Positions 27,949 through 36,427 of a stretch of DNA of 64,000 bases are shown here, piece by piece. The DNA comes from an uncultured virus (IMG/VR IMGVR_UViG_3300034815_000029). Its lineage: Duplodnaviria > Heunggongvirae > Uroviricota > Caudoviricetes. The stretch lies in IMG/VR virus record IMGVR_UViG_3300034815_000029; one strand, given 5' to 3'. The translations under genes were made by a program, and so were the position numbers. Numbering within the stretch: position 1 is the stretch's first letter; each line of letters opens with the position of its first letter. Under the pieces are notes generated by a model, which saw only the letters and a list, made by a program, of their open reading frames with translations, was not told where the DNA came from and did not search any database.

Positions 27949-29371
27949 CGCTGGCCTCCTGATACGGCCTGCCCGCCGAAGCGGTCCTACCGCGCATCTT
28001 CTCCATGCGCGCCAATTTCGACGGAACAGGGGCGCTTCTGTGCCGGTCGTCGAAACGGGTATACTCACCAGCAAAGGTCACATGCACCGTCCCCGTTGGG
28101 CCATTGCGTTGCTTGCCGATGATGATTTCGGCAATCCCCTTGTCCGGGCTGTCCTCGTTGTAAACTTCGTCGCGGTAGATGAACAAAACAATGTCCGCGT
28201 CCTGCTCGATGCTGCCGGAGTCGCGCAAATCGGAAAGAATCGGCCGCTTGTTGGGGCGGGATTCCAGGCCGCGATTGAGCTGAGCCAACGCGATCACCGG
28301 AATGTGCAGCTCCTTCGCCAGCAGCTTCAGCGCGCGGGAAATTTCCGCCATTTCATAGGCGCGGTTGTCCGACTTGCCGGAGCCTTCCATCAGTCCGATA
28401 TAGTCGATCACCACCATATGCAGCCCGCCGCACTCACGGTGCAGCCGCCGCGCCCGAGCGCGCAGCTCGTTGGCCGTCAAGGAGCCTTCCTCGTCCAGAA
28501 ACAGGTGGGTCTCGCGCAGATCACTGGAGGCTTTGTAGAGCTTGGCGAATTCGGCCTCATTCAGGCGCCCGATCTTCACCCGCTGCTGGTTCAGGCGCGC
28601 CACCGAAGCCAGCAGGCGCACGCCCAGTTGATTGTTGGCCATCTCCAGGGAGAAGAAAGCCACGTTCTTGCCGCTCTTCAGCGCCACGTGTTCCGCGATA
28701 TTCAGGGACAACGCCGTCTTGCCCATCGCCGGCCGCGCCGCCACGATGATCAGCTCGCCCGCCTGAAACCCCGTCGTCATCCGGTCCAGTTCCTCGAACC
28801 CCGTCGCCAGCCCGGTCACATCCGTCCGGTTCGGGTTGCCGGAAAGGTCATCGATCTGGCGCAACACATCATCCAGCACCGAACCCACATGCTGCGGACC
28901 CTCCGAACCATTGGCAGCCGACTCGCTCACCGCCATCACCTTGCTTTGCACAAAGTCGAGCAGATCCTTCGCACTGCGCCCGGCCCGGTTGGAAATCGCC
29001 TCCGCCCCCTCGCCCAAAGCCCTGCCCAGCGAACGGATCACCGAACGCTCGCGCACAATCTCCGCATAGCGCTTGATATTCGCCGCGCTCGGCGTGTTCT
29101 GCATCAGCCCGGCCAGAGAGGACAGCCCGCCCACATTCTCCAGCTCGTGGTGCGTTTCAAGGAACTCCGAAACCGTGATTACGTCGGCGGTCTTTCCGGC
29201 CTCCAGCAGGCGCGTGAAGGCCCGGTAAATCTTGCGGTTTTCGATAGCGTAGAAATCGCTCTCGCTGACCACATCCGCGATCTTGTCCCAGGCATTGTTG
29301 TCCAGAAAAAGACCTCCAAGAACAGAGTGTTCGGCATCCAGGCTGAATGAAGCATCCTGCTCATTCGCCAT
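27932..29371 (-). CDS. dnaB: Replicative DNA helicase
   Basis: AARPAMGKT, FSLEM, VIDYI, LRDSGSIEQDAD, KQRNGPTG. Confidence 0.97.
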   Translation of the reverse strand: MANEQDASFSLDAEHSVLGGLFLDNNAWDKIADVVSESDFYAIENRKIYRAFTRLLEAGKTADVITVSEFLETHHELENVGGLSSLAGLMQNTPSAANIKRYAEIVRERSVIRSLGRALGEGAEAISNRAGRSAKDLLDFVQSKVMAVSESAANGSEGPQHVGSVLDDVLRQIDDLSGNPNRTDVTGLATGFEELDRMTTGFQAGELIIVAARPAMGKTALSLNIAEHVALKSGKNVAFFSLEMANNQLGVRLLASVARLNQQRVKIGRLNEAEFAKLYKASSDLRETHLFLDEEGSLTANELRARARRLHRECGGLHMVVIDYIGLMEGSGKSDNRAYEMAEISRALKLLAKELHIPVIALAQLNRGLESRPNKRPILSDLRDSGSIEQDADIVLFIYRDEVYNEDSPDKGIAEIIIGKQRNGPTGTVHVTFAGEYTRFDDRHRSAPVPSKLARMEKMRGRTASAGRPYQEASGGVDM

Positions 29372-29561
29372 TGCGCGACCTCGCATCCTGCTGCTTCTGC
29401 CAGTCGTCCCTGCACTCCGGGCCGCAGAACTGTTCCTCGACGGGGGAGTGGCACCAGTGGCAGGCGCCGATTGACGGCAGGGAATGAATCGACCGGGCGG
29501 CTTTCAAGGCGCGATCCCGGTCGGCTTCCTCGCGGTCACTTGCTCGGTCGGCTTCGTCCAT
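29361..29561 (-). CDS. TraR/DksA-like C4 zinc-finger protein
   Basis: MDEADRA...CHWC...FCGPEC. Confidence 0.7.
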   Translation of the reverse strand: MDEADRASDREEADRDRALKAARSIHSLPSIGACHWCHSPVEEQFCGPECRDDWQKQQDARSRNGE

Positions 29562-29699
29562 GGTCTCTCCCCAGGTTGAGCAATGCCAGAAGGCGTTCGC
29601 ACACGGTATGCGCCGCCTGTTTCTTGTTGAGCTCGACGGGTATCCGCTTGGCCAGTGAGTTGGCCTTGCTGAATACGAAGGTCTCTTGTGCGCGGATGC

Positions 29700-30080
29700 T
29701 CACGCCATCCCCTTGCCCACTGCCTTGATCAGCGCCAGCACGTCCGGCAGCTGCTTCGCCAGTTCAGCCAGAGCGCGGCGCTGCTTCACATCCTCATCTG
29801 TCAGGTATTTCTCGACCAGGTAATAGATCGGGGTCATATCCCCGGTTGCGGCGATGAACTTCTCCAGATCCTCGACCGTAAACCGGCGGTGGTCTTCCGG
29901 ATTCCCGGATAGCTTCCGGGACAGCTCGGACTGGCTCAAGTCCATGTCCGCTGCGATGGTCTTGAGCGGGTTGCGATGCGTATAGGTCGCGGCCCTGACG
30001 CAATCCAGAATGGTCGCGTGGCGCTCGGAAAGTCCGGGCGTGAAATCAAGGGTAAGCTGGCTATTGGAAACTGTTGTCAT
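29700..30080 (-). CDS. CII-like regulator
   Basis: HTH (IAADMDLSQSELSRKL), downstream of cro. Confidence 0.65.
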   Translation of the reverse strand: MTTVSNSQLTLDFTPGLSERHATILDCVRAATYTHRNPLKTIAADMDLSQSELSRKLSGNPEDHRRFTVEDLEKFIAATGDMTPIYYLVEKYLTDEDVKQRRALAELAKQLPDVLALIKAVGKGMA

Positions 30081-30137
30081 GATTCTTTCCCTTACTTTCC
30101 TATAGGAAATCTGGCGAAAAAAAGAAGATAGCCTCAG

Positions 30138-30407
30138 TCATGCCGCAGCCCGTTGATTTGGGTTTTCGCCAAAAACATCCGAGCGCAGGTCATAGCGGGT
30201 TACTTGTCCGCCAGTCGCGTCCTCGATAGCACGGCAGTGCTCTGCGGGCGGCATTGGAGTCTTGGTGGTGTTCAGCCAGTTCCAGACGTGGCCCTGGGCA
30301 ACGCGCACTTCGCGCCCATTCGCCTGGTGCCATTCACGGATGGCGGTCGCCAATGCGACTTGACCTCCGACGAGTTCGATTGCTTTTTGGAGTGGGGTAA
30401 TCATCAT
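30138..30407 (-). CDS. Cro/YdaS-like regulator
   Basis: GGQVALA...AIEDATGGQVTRYDLRSDVFG. Confidence 0.85.
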   Translation of the reverse strand: MMITPLQKAIELVGGQVALATAIREWHQANGREVRVAQGHVWNWLNTTKTPMPPAEHCRAIEDATGGQVTRYDLRSDVFGENPNQRAAA

Positions 30408-30409
30408 GG

Positions 30410-30492
30410 AAACAAATTACCATCATCGTAGTAACGATGTCAACCATCATTGTTGTTTTACACAATACAAGCACGGTTGTATTGTTCAATCC
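30410..30492. promoter_or_regulatory. Divergent cro/cI operator region
   Basis: ACCATCATCGT and ACCATCATTGT near-palindromes; related ACAATCATCGT at ~31898. Confidence 0.6.
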
Positions 30493-30843
30493 ATGAATCT
30501 TGCAGAGCGGATACAGACAGCCAGAAAGCATGCCGCCCTTACACAGGGAGGATTAGCCGAAAAAGCGGGGATTTCTCAGCAGGCCATATCTCGCCTTGAA
30601 ACTGGCGAACAAAAAACCACCACCGATATTGTGCAGATCGCCGTTGCCTGCGGAGTCCGTCCTGAGTGGCTGGCAATGGAATCTGGCGATATGGTGGATG
30701 GGTTGTACGTGCATGACGAAAAGCTCAAGCAGTTGCTCAAAATCGCTCAGGAGTTGCCAGAGTACGGAAAAGACAAGGCGATACGGGAAGTTACTGAGAT
30801 TGTTGAATTCATCGAACAGGCAGCCAAGGCGGCGAAGCAATAA
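30493..30843 (+). CDS. CI-like XRE repressor without peptidase domain
   Basis: LAERIQTARK..LTQ.LAEKAGISQQAISRLE. Confidence 0.85.
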   Translation: MNLAERIQTARKHAALTQGGLAEKAGISQQAISRLETGEQKTTTDIVQIAVACGVRPEWLAMESGDMVDGLYVHDEKLKQLLKIAQELPEYGKDKAIREVTEIVEFIEQAAKAAKQ

Positions 30844-30945
30844 CGTGATCCAGCTTCAAATACAGCTCGCCTTTTGCTTCGACAAGGACACTTATGGCGC
30901 TTAAAAAGCGCGGAAGGCAGTAAACCGAAACGGAGGAATATCGTA

Positions 30946-31458
30946 ATGCGTAAAATTTGTTTCGTTATTTTATGTGCCATTTTAGGCGGCTGCGTTGCTC
31001 CTCAAAAGATAAGCATTTCATCACCGTTCGATCCCGTTCTAACGAAGAAATTGCTTGCGGATGGGATAAACACTATTCAGGGAAGCGCCCTTATCAGGCA
31101 AAGAGGGGGTGGCGTCGTCACCTGCGCAGGACAGGAGGTAACACTTACCCCTGCAACAGCTTACTCATCCGAAAGGGTAAAGGCGCTCTTTGGGTCATCG
31201 CTGGGCGGCTATGCCCCCGCTTTTGGTGGGCGACGAGTCGAATTTGAAAGTACAGCACCAGAATATTGGTCATCCTCAAGATCGACAATATGTGACGCTC
31301 AAGGTAATTTCAGGTTCGATAAAATGGCCGATGGATCATTTTATGTAAATACTCAAATCACCTGGAACGTCAGCCCTTACGCGACGGAAGGGGGAAGCAT
31401 AACCCGTTTAATCACATTATCCGGCGGGGAAACTAAGAATATCGTGCTTACCCCTTGA
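30946..31458 (+). CDS. Lipoprotein (moron)
   Basis: ILGGC lipobox; GGAGG RBS. Confidence 0.8.
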   Translation: MRKICFVILCAILGGCVAPQKISISSPFDPVLTKKLLADGINTIQGSALIRQRGGGVVTCAGQEVTLTPATAYSSERVKALFGSSLGGYAPAFGGRRVEFESTAPEYWSSSRSTICDAQGNFRFDKMADGSFYVNTQITWNVSPYATEGGSITRLITLSGGETKNIVLTP

Positions 31459-31539
31459 TGCTGAAATTGCCCACCAACCCCAGCAACATGCAATGGCAGA
31501 CCACCGCAGAGGCCAGGGCCAAGGATAAATGGGAATAAT

Positions 31540-31779
31540 ATGAGCGCTCATGACTATACGGTCGAGTTTGACTATCTGACTGGCGGGGCTATTTCGGCGA
31601 CTGCAACCCCGGACGGCAGCCTGGTTGCGATTGATTTTGTCCTGCTTCATGACCCATCAATGGCAGTCCGCCTCGCTGTCCCCGCAGAGAAATTAGAAAG
31701 TCTGACCAACGCTTTACTTCAGATTCAGAAGGCCCTGGACGATCCGGAAAGCGGAATACATATTCGCCCTTCGCATTAA
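31540..31779 (+). CDS. Hypothetical protein
   Basis: ORF followed by a terminator. Confidence 0.55.
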   Translation: MSAHDYTVEFDYLTGGAISATATPDGSLVAIDFVLLHDPSMAVRLAVPAEKLESLTNALLQIQKALDDPESGIHIRPSH

Positions 31780-31809
31780 TCTTCATATCTAGCATTTCAC
31801 TCTCCCCAT

Positions 31810-31834
31810 AACCCGCTTCGGCGGGTTTTTTGTT
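31810..31834 (+). terminator. Intrinsic terminator
   Basis: ACCCGC-TTCG-GCGGGT followed by a T run. Confidence 0.85.
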
Positions 31835-31885
31835 GCCCGCGATTTGCGGGTTTTTTCATTGTAGCAAATAAAACAATGATAATGG

Positions 31886-31915
31886 TTGACACATAAACAA
31901 TCATCGTTGTATATT
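31886..31915 (+). promoter_or_regulatory. PL-like early promoter upstream of the cassette array
   Basis: TTGACA-18 bp-TATATT with an operator-like motif in the spacer. Confidence 0.7.
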
Positions 31916-32135
31916 GAACCCCATCGCACCATGAACACCGCCCCTACCGGCAATGACCAGCACCAAGGCACGGCCCACGGGTAGACAGCGCGACAGGCCG
32001 CAGGGCGGGCAGCACAGAACTGAAGAACCCGGTAGGCCGGGCGGTAGCTGGACCGTAACAGCCGACTCGGGGGTCCGAAAAATCCCGCCCTGGCCAGGGA
32101 AAACGGCACCAGACAACCCATAACAGGAGAAAACC

Positions 32136-32522
32136 ATGAGCCTGCTACAAAAAACCCTCGACAGCATCGAAGCCGAAGCCGACAAGAAAAGCGCCATCGC
32201 CGTGGCTCACGCCGGGACCATCCATGAACTGGAAACGCTCACCGGAATCCTGAGCGGACTGGGAGCCGGAGAACTCCGGCCCGTCGTGACTTTTCATGAA
32301 CGCACAGAAGACATCCACTCCGCGATGGCGATCGATGTCCGCATCCTGGTGTTCCAGGATCAAGCCGCCACGCTCCGGGCGGTGGATAAATCGGGGCGTA
32401 GCCATACGCTGGAGATCGGCAAAGGCTATGACGGCAGACCCGAAACTACCGTGCGCTTCGAGGGACTGTCCAGCTACATCACGATAATCGACTACGTGCA
32501 CGCAATGGAACAGGCGGCCTGA
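32136..32522 (+). CDS. Early hypothetical protein
   Basis: AGGAG RBS. Confidence 0.7.
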   Translation: MSLLQKTLDSIEAEADKKSAIAVAHAGTIHELETLTGILSGLGAGELRPVVTFHERTEDIHSAMAIDVRILVFQDQAATLRAVDKSGRSHTLEIGKGYDGRPETTVRFEGLSSYITIIDYVHAMEQAA

Positions 32523-32720
32523 ATGCAGACCCTGATCGGCATCCTCGTCCAGCCCTACGAAGAACAGCGCATCAGCCTGCTGATCGAGGGTATGCAGGCG
32601 CAGAAGCACTGGCTGAGTGTGGATGATTGCCTATACGAGATTCTAAACAACGGAATCATCACCTCCGAGGCGCTTTACCGCGCATCGATTAAAAATATGG
32701 AGAACGACCATGCCTATTGA
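32523..32720 (+). CDS. Early hypothetical protein
   Basis: Abuts the previous ORF. Confidence 0.6.
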   Translation: MQTLIGILVQPYEEQRISLLIEGMQAQKHWLSVDDCLYEILNNGIITSEALYRASIKNMENDHAY

Positions 32721-32901
32721 CCAAGTCATCCCGCTCGGCACCGAAACCCGCCCTGAAATCGCGGCCCGCATGGCGCAGGCGCGCGGACTCATGCTGCTGG
32801 TAAAGCAAGCCACCGGACAGATGATCCTGTGCAGCCGCAAACTTCCCGGCTGGCAGCGCTGGATTGTCGCCATTCACACCTACTCACCGGAGGCCGCATG
32901 A
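32710..32901 (+). CDS. Early hypothetical protein
   Basis: GGAG RBS, coupled. Confidence 0.6.
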   Translation: MPIDQVIPLGTETRPEIAARMAQARGLMLLVKQATGQMILCSRKLPGWQRWIVAIHTYSPEAA

Positions 32902-33125
32902 AGCTCATCATCACCGGATTGATTGTTCTCGCCGTCGCTGCCGCCCTGATCGTCAAGAATGCCGATGCGATCGATAGCTATCAGCTCCACAACGACGGCG
33001 TCACCGCCTGCAAACCGCCGCGCAACGAAGCCGAGAAGCTCGTCGCTACGCTCTACAAAAGCGCCGATGGCGGGCCGCTTACGCTGCATTGCGCCTACCA
33101 CGCCACTGTGAGCTTTGCGCTATGA
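32898..33125 (+). CDS. Early protein with signal/TM segment
   Basis: GGAGG RBS, ATGA overlap. Confidence 0.6.
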   Translation: MKLIITGLIVLAVAAALIVKNADAIDSYQLHNDGVTACKPPRNEAEKLVATLYKSADGGPLTLHCAYHATVSFAL

Positions 33126-33346
33126 GCGTAACCCGCTTCCAGATGCTGACACAGGCACAGCGCAACTTGGACATGGCCGACCTGCTGGCAGCCAATGGAG
33201 ACTATGACGGCGCAGCCAGGAACACGGCCGCAGCCAGAGCACTGATTTTCACCGAGAGCACCAACCCGCCCAGCCGGAGCGTGGCGGCAAGCCCGAATAA
33301 CACCGGCAGCTGCAGCGCTGGCCGAGAAAGCCTCCTTACAGCGTGA
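33122..33346 (+). CDS. Early hypothetical protein
   Basis: ATGA overlap. Confidence 0.55.
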   Translation: MSVTRFQMLTQAQRNLDMADLLAANGDYDGAARNTAAARALIFTESTNPPSRSVAASPNNTGSCSAGRESLLTA

Positions 33347-33383
33347 TGCAACCGGCCGCCGGGAGCCGTAATCCCGGCACTTA

Positions 33384-33461
33384 TTTGAACGTAGAGCTAA
33401 CCGGCGGCGCTTTAGCGCCGTCCAGCGACCGAAGGGAGCGAGGTTGAGCGCCTTGTTAGGG
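33384..33461 (-). repeat. attC A (78 bp)
   Basis: Minus strand CCCTAAC AAGGC GCT[C]AACC...GGTTAGC TCTAC GTTCAAA. Confidence 0.88.
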
Positions 33462-33474
33462 GCCAACTGCACGG

Positions 33475-34173
33475 ATGATTGAACTGCTACACACCGACTG
33501 CATGACTTACATGGCGGCGCTGCCAGATGCGGCCTTTGACTTGGCGATTGTTGACCCGCCATACGGGCGCGGCGAGGACGGCGGCACAAACCGATGCCAC
33601 GGCGTGAAGCAGAAGAACGGCGCGGTGCTGCGGTGCCTCGATGGCGGCTACGCGAAGAAGGCTTGGGACAAGGAACCGCCACCGCCTGAGTATTTCGCGG
33701 AACTGCGCAGGGTGGCAAAGCACCAGATTGTTTGGGGTGCGAACTACATGCCGGTGAAACTGCAAGGCGGGGCAATTGTTTGGGACAAGGTGAATGACGG
33801 AGCCGACCAGAGCGGCGCGGAAATAGCCTACTGCAGCTTGAACGAGCGCGTGGACGTGGTGCGCTATATGTGGCGCGGGATGATGCAGGGAGAGGCGGTA
33901 GGCAGCCAACGCCAGCAGGGAAACAAGGCGCTGAACGAGCGCCGGATTCACCCGACACAGAAGCCGGTTAAGTTGTACGAATGGTTGCTGCAGCAGTACG
34001 CGCAGCCGGGAATGAAGGTTTTAGATACCCACCTTGGCAGCGGGAGCGCGGCGATTGCAGCGCACTACTACGGGGTGGATTTTGTGGGGTGCGAGATAGA
34101 TGCCGACTACTGGCTAGCAGCCAAGGAACGGTTTGAGGCTGAAACCCGGCAGATGGCGTTACTTGGCCCCTAA
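33475..34173 (+). CDS. N4C/N6A DNA methyltransferase, cassette A
   Basis: DPPY, HPTQKP, LDTHLGSGS. Confidence 0.9.
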   Translation: MIELLHTDCMTYMAALPDAAFDLAIVDPPYGRGEDGGTNRCHGVKQKNGAVLRCLDGGYAKKAWDKEPPPPEYFAELRRVAKHQIVWGANYMPVKLQGGAIVWDKVNDGADQSGAEIAYCSLNERVDVVRYMWRGMMQGEAVGSQRQQGNKALNERRIHPTQKPVKLYEWLLQQYAQPGMKVLDTHLGSGSAAIAAHYYGVDFVGCEIDADYWLAAKERFEAETRQMALLGP

Positions 34174-34229
34174 CGCATAGGTAAGGGGACTGAGCAACGC
34201 GAAGTTCCCGCTTGACCGCTGAGTTAGGC
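34168..34229 (-). repeat. attC B (62 bp)
   Basis: CCCTAAC...GGTAAGGGGA...TCCCGCTTGACC...GTTAGGC. Confidence 0.9.
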
Positions 34230-34253
34230 GGAATTTTGAAAAAGGAGATGGTC

Positions 34254-34427
34254 GTGGCAAAACTAATAACGTTGAACATTGAGCGATTTGTGGTTTGCAG
34301 CACTGGCGAGGAAATGGAAATACCAGAACCGGCAGACAGTCTTGAAGCCGCGATAAAACTTCGAGACGATAAGCAGGCTGGTGATGAATATGAGACATGG
34401 GAAATTGTGGCGGAAGTTGCCGCCTAA
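34254..34427 (+). CDS. Hypothetical protein, cassette B
   Basis: AAGGAG RBS; stop codon in GCCTAAC. Confidence 0.65.
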   Translation: MAKLITLNIERFVVCSTGEEMEIPEPADSLEAAIKLRDDKQAGDEYETWEIVAEVAA

Positions 34428-34512
34428 CGGCGAAGCTAAGGGGCGCGAGCGATGACAAAACAACGAAGTGAGCCGGATGTTCGAGCGTCACGCCTTGAGC
34501 GCCTTGTTGGGC
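34422..34512 (-). repeat. attC C (91 bp)
   Basis: GCCTAAC...GCTAAGG...CCTTGAGC...GTTGGGC. Confidence 0.82.
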
Positions 34513-34676
34513 GATTGTGGGCATTAGTCTGGAGGCGATGGATGACTGGCCCAGGTGGGCAACCTCGCCGTGTGGTGCGCGTGAAGGGGTGGCGCACTGC
34601 GATTATTGAGAGCGATTGGGAAATGCGGCAGACCATTACGCCATGTTTCTCGATTTTTGGATGGCGGTTTGATTGA
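34452..34676 (+). CDS. Hypothetical protein, cassette C (starts inside the attC loop)
   Basis: ATG at 34452 lies within attC C. Confidence 0.55.
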   Translation: MTKQRSEPDVRASRLERLVGRLWALVWRRWMTGPGGQPRRVVRVKGWRTAIIESDWEMRQTITPCFSIFGWRFD

Positions 34677-34680
34677 TGAC

Positions 34681-34747
34681 GCCCAACGCCTGATTTCACC
34701 GGCCTGAGCGGCTTTTTGCTCAGGTCCGGTGGAATGATTGGTTGGCC
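34681..34747 (-). repeat. attC D (67 bp)
   Basis: GCCCAAC...TTCACCGGCCTGAGC...GCTCAGGTCCGGTGGAA...GTTGGCC. Confidence 0.9.
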
Positions 34748-34775
34748 GGCTGGTAGCTACGAAGTGAGGAATTAA

Positions 34776-35483
34776 ATGGCTGAAAAAGTAACGATAGGGA
34801 CCGCTGAATTGTGGCACGGAGACTGCAGGGAAGTTCTGCCGTTGCTGCCAGACTGCGACCTGATTTTGACAGACCCGCCATACGGCCTGAACGAAGCGGC
34901 CGGAAAGAACCGAAGCCGTGGAAGCGCTGCAGGCGCGAACAAGTGGAAAGGCTCGCGCAACACGACAGGTGTTGGCGTTGCCTCGACGGACTTTGGCGAG
35001 CCGAGCGAATGGGATAGTGCGCCGCCCCCGACGTGGGTGATTGAGATGATGCGCGCCAAGGGGAAATGGCAAGTGATGTTCGGCGGCAACTATTACCCGC
35101 TGCCGCCGGCCAGGTGCTGGCTTGTGTGGGACAAGGACAACGGGGAAACCGATTTCGCGGACTGCGAACTTGCGTGGACGAACTTGCCGAAAGCGGTGCG
35201 CCGGCTGCGCTGGATGTGGAACGGCATGCTGCAGCAGGACATGGCGAACAAGGAAGAACGACAGCACCCGACGCAGAAGCCGGTGCCGGTGATGCGGTGG
35301 GCTTTGCTTCAAGTTCCCGACGCCGAGACGGTTTGCGACCCATTCATGGGCAGCGGAACAACAGGGGTGGCGTGTTGGATGGAAGGGCGGCGGTTCGTCG
35401 GCATTGAGCGCGAACGCCGGTATTTCGATATTGCTTGCGAGCGGATTGCCCGCGCACAGGCACAAGAGCGGCTGTTCGCATGA
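34776..35483 (+). CDS. N4C/N6A DNA methyltransferase, cassette D
   Basis: TDPPY, HPTQKP, DPFMGSGTTG. Confidence 0.92.
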   Translation: MAEKVTIGTAELWHGDCREVLPLLPDCDLILTDPPYGLNEAAGKNRSRGSAAGANKWKGSRNTTGVGVASTDFGEPSEWDSAPPPTWVIEMMRAKGKWQVMFGGNYYPLPPARCWLVWDKDNGETDFADCELAWTNLPKAVRRLRWMWNGMLQQDMANKEERQHPTQKPVPVMRWALLQVPDAETVCDPFMGSGTTGVACWMEGRRFVGIERERRYFDIACERIARAQAQERLFA

Positions 35484-35487
35484 AGAC

Positions 35488-35556
35488 GGCCAACGCAGAG
35501 GTAAGCCGATGACAAAAGCGCAGCTTTTGGCAGTCGGCTTGACCGCCGGGTTAGCC
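35488..35556 (-). repeat. attC E (69 bp)
   Basis: GGCCAAC...GGTAAGCCGA...TCGGCTTGACC...GTTAGCC. Confidence 0.9.
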
Positions 35557-35736
35557 GGGGGCCGAGCCGCACACGAACAATGGGAGCGCACCCGAGGCGA
35601 TGAAAACGAGTGCGATGCAGAGAAACGGCTACACGAAGAGGTTTCAGAAAGTGGCAACACGATACCGAGTGAGTGGTGGCATGGATGGCTCGAACGCTCC
35701 GATGAGTGGCGAGACGAAATCGAACATGCCGGCTAA
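35509..35736 (+). CDS. Hypothetical protein, cassette E (starts inside attC)
   Basis: GAGGT RBS and ATG within attC E; stop codon in GGCTAAC. Confidence 0.55.
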   Translation: MTKAQLLAVGLTAGLAGGRAAHEQWERTRGDENECDAEKRLHEEVSESGNTIPSEWWHGWLERSDEWRDEIEHAG

Positions 35737-35790
35737 CGATTAGCTTAAGGGGCGGCTGTTAAGCCGTCCCGCTTGAAGCGCCGGTTAGGC
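35731..35790 (-). repeat. attC F (60 bp)
   Basis: GGCTAAC...CTTAAGGGGCGGC...GCCGTCCCGCTTGAAG...GTTAGGC. Confidence 0.9.
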
Positions 35791-35804
35791 GCAGAAAGGT
35801 GAAT

Positions 35805-36047
35805 ATGACAGCAAGGCACGAAATAGGGAAGTGGCTGAATGAACAGCCGAACCGCGAGATTGACCGGCGGGTATTGGCCGAGCTATGTGCGGAGCATGAC
35901 CGAATGGCTCATGCCCTGATGACGCTGCTCGGGGAAACCGAGGACAGCGACTACATGAGTGCGGCAGAACAGCGGGCGATGGCGCGGGATGCGCTGCCGC
36001 CTAACGTCGGCGGTAACCGGCTTGCGCCCGCACAGGAGCAACGATGA
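35805..36047 (+). CDS. Hypothetical protein, cassette F (reads into the next attC)
   Basis: AAGGTG RBS; its 3' part is also present at 1-127. Confidence 0.7.
   Translation: MTARHEIGKWLNEQPNREIDRRVLAELCAEHDRMAHALMTLLGETEDSDYMSAAEQRAMARDALPPNVGGNRLAPAQEQR
35880..36006 (+). repeat. 127-bp exact direct repeat, copy 2
   Basis: Identical to 1-127. Confidence 0.97.
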
Positions 36048-36092
36048 AGAACACCCTTGCCGGCGCAAGTCCGGTTGACCAACCAGTTAGGG
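35999..36092 (-). repeat. attC G (94 bp)
   Basis: GCCTAAC...GGTAACCGGCTTGCGCC...GGCGCAAGTCCGGTTGACC...GTTAGGG. Confidence 0.88.
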
Positions 36093-36349
36093 CGCTGCCT
36101 GAGCCGTTGCCGTGCCCGTTTTGTGGGCGACAGCCGGAGCTAGACAACCCGGACACTCTTTACCCGAACGGCACCGGGTGGAAGCCTTGGCGAGGCTTCC
36201 GTTCTTATGTAGGGTTCCGCGAAGTGCCGAAGGAACAATGGTGCTACGGGATGCACTGCTGCGAGTGCTGCGGTGGATGCGGGGCAGAGATTCACGGCGA
36301 TAGTGCAGCCGAGGCGGTAGAGAAGTGGAACCGGCGCCCTAACGCATGA
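36044..36349 (+). CDS. Lar-family restriction alleviation protein, cassette G
   Basis: LPCPFCG...C..CGA...AVEKWNRR; AGGAG RBS and ATG in the attC loop. Confidence 0.8.
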   Translation: MKNTLAGASPVDQPVRALPEPLPCPFCGRQPELDNPDTLYPNGTGWKPWRGFRSYVGFREVPKEQWCYGMHCCECCGGCGAEIHGDSAAEAVEKWNRRPNA

Positions 36350-36401
36350 AATGAGGGGCAGCGCCGCTTTTGCGCTGTCCCGCTCGATTGACGGGTTGTG
36401 C
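36337..36401 (-). repeat. attC H (65 bp)
   Basis: CCCTAAC...AATGAGGGGCAGCGC...GCGCTGTCCCGCTCGATT...GTTGTGC. Confidence 0.9.
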
Positions 36402-36427
36402 GTCAAAACGTAACTACGGAGTGAGGA

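Larger units (their letters stand above)
1..35879. mobile_element. Phage A: apparently complete, circularisable ~35.9 kb temperate lambdoid siphovirus
   Basis: All modules present (int/xis, lysis, tail, head, terminase, replication, immunity, early genes); 1-127 is identical to 35880-36006; no host genes. Confidence 0.8.

Noticed and set aside
27929..29350. Long plus-strand ORF opposite dnaB, and similar ones at 8852-10258, 19275-20564 and 49157-50620
   Set aside because: Antisense shadow ORFs typical of GC-rich coding DNA.
1..36006. 127-bp repeat as attL/attR or a virion terminal repeat
   Set aside because: It lies inside a cassette ORF, away from the att-like region, and the phage has a lambda gpA-type terminase. 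A shared cassette or assembly overlap explains it better.
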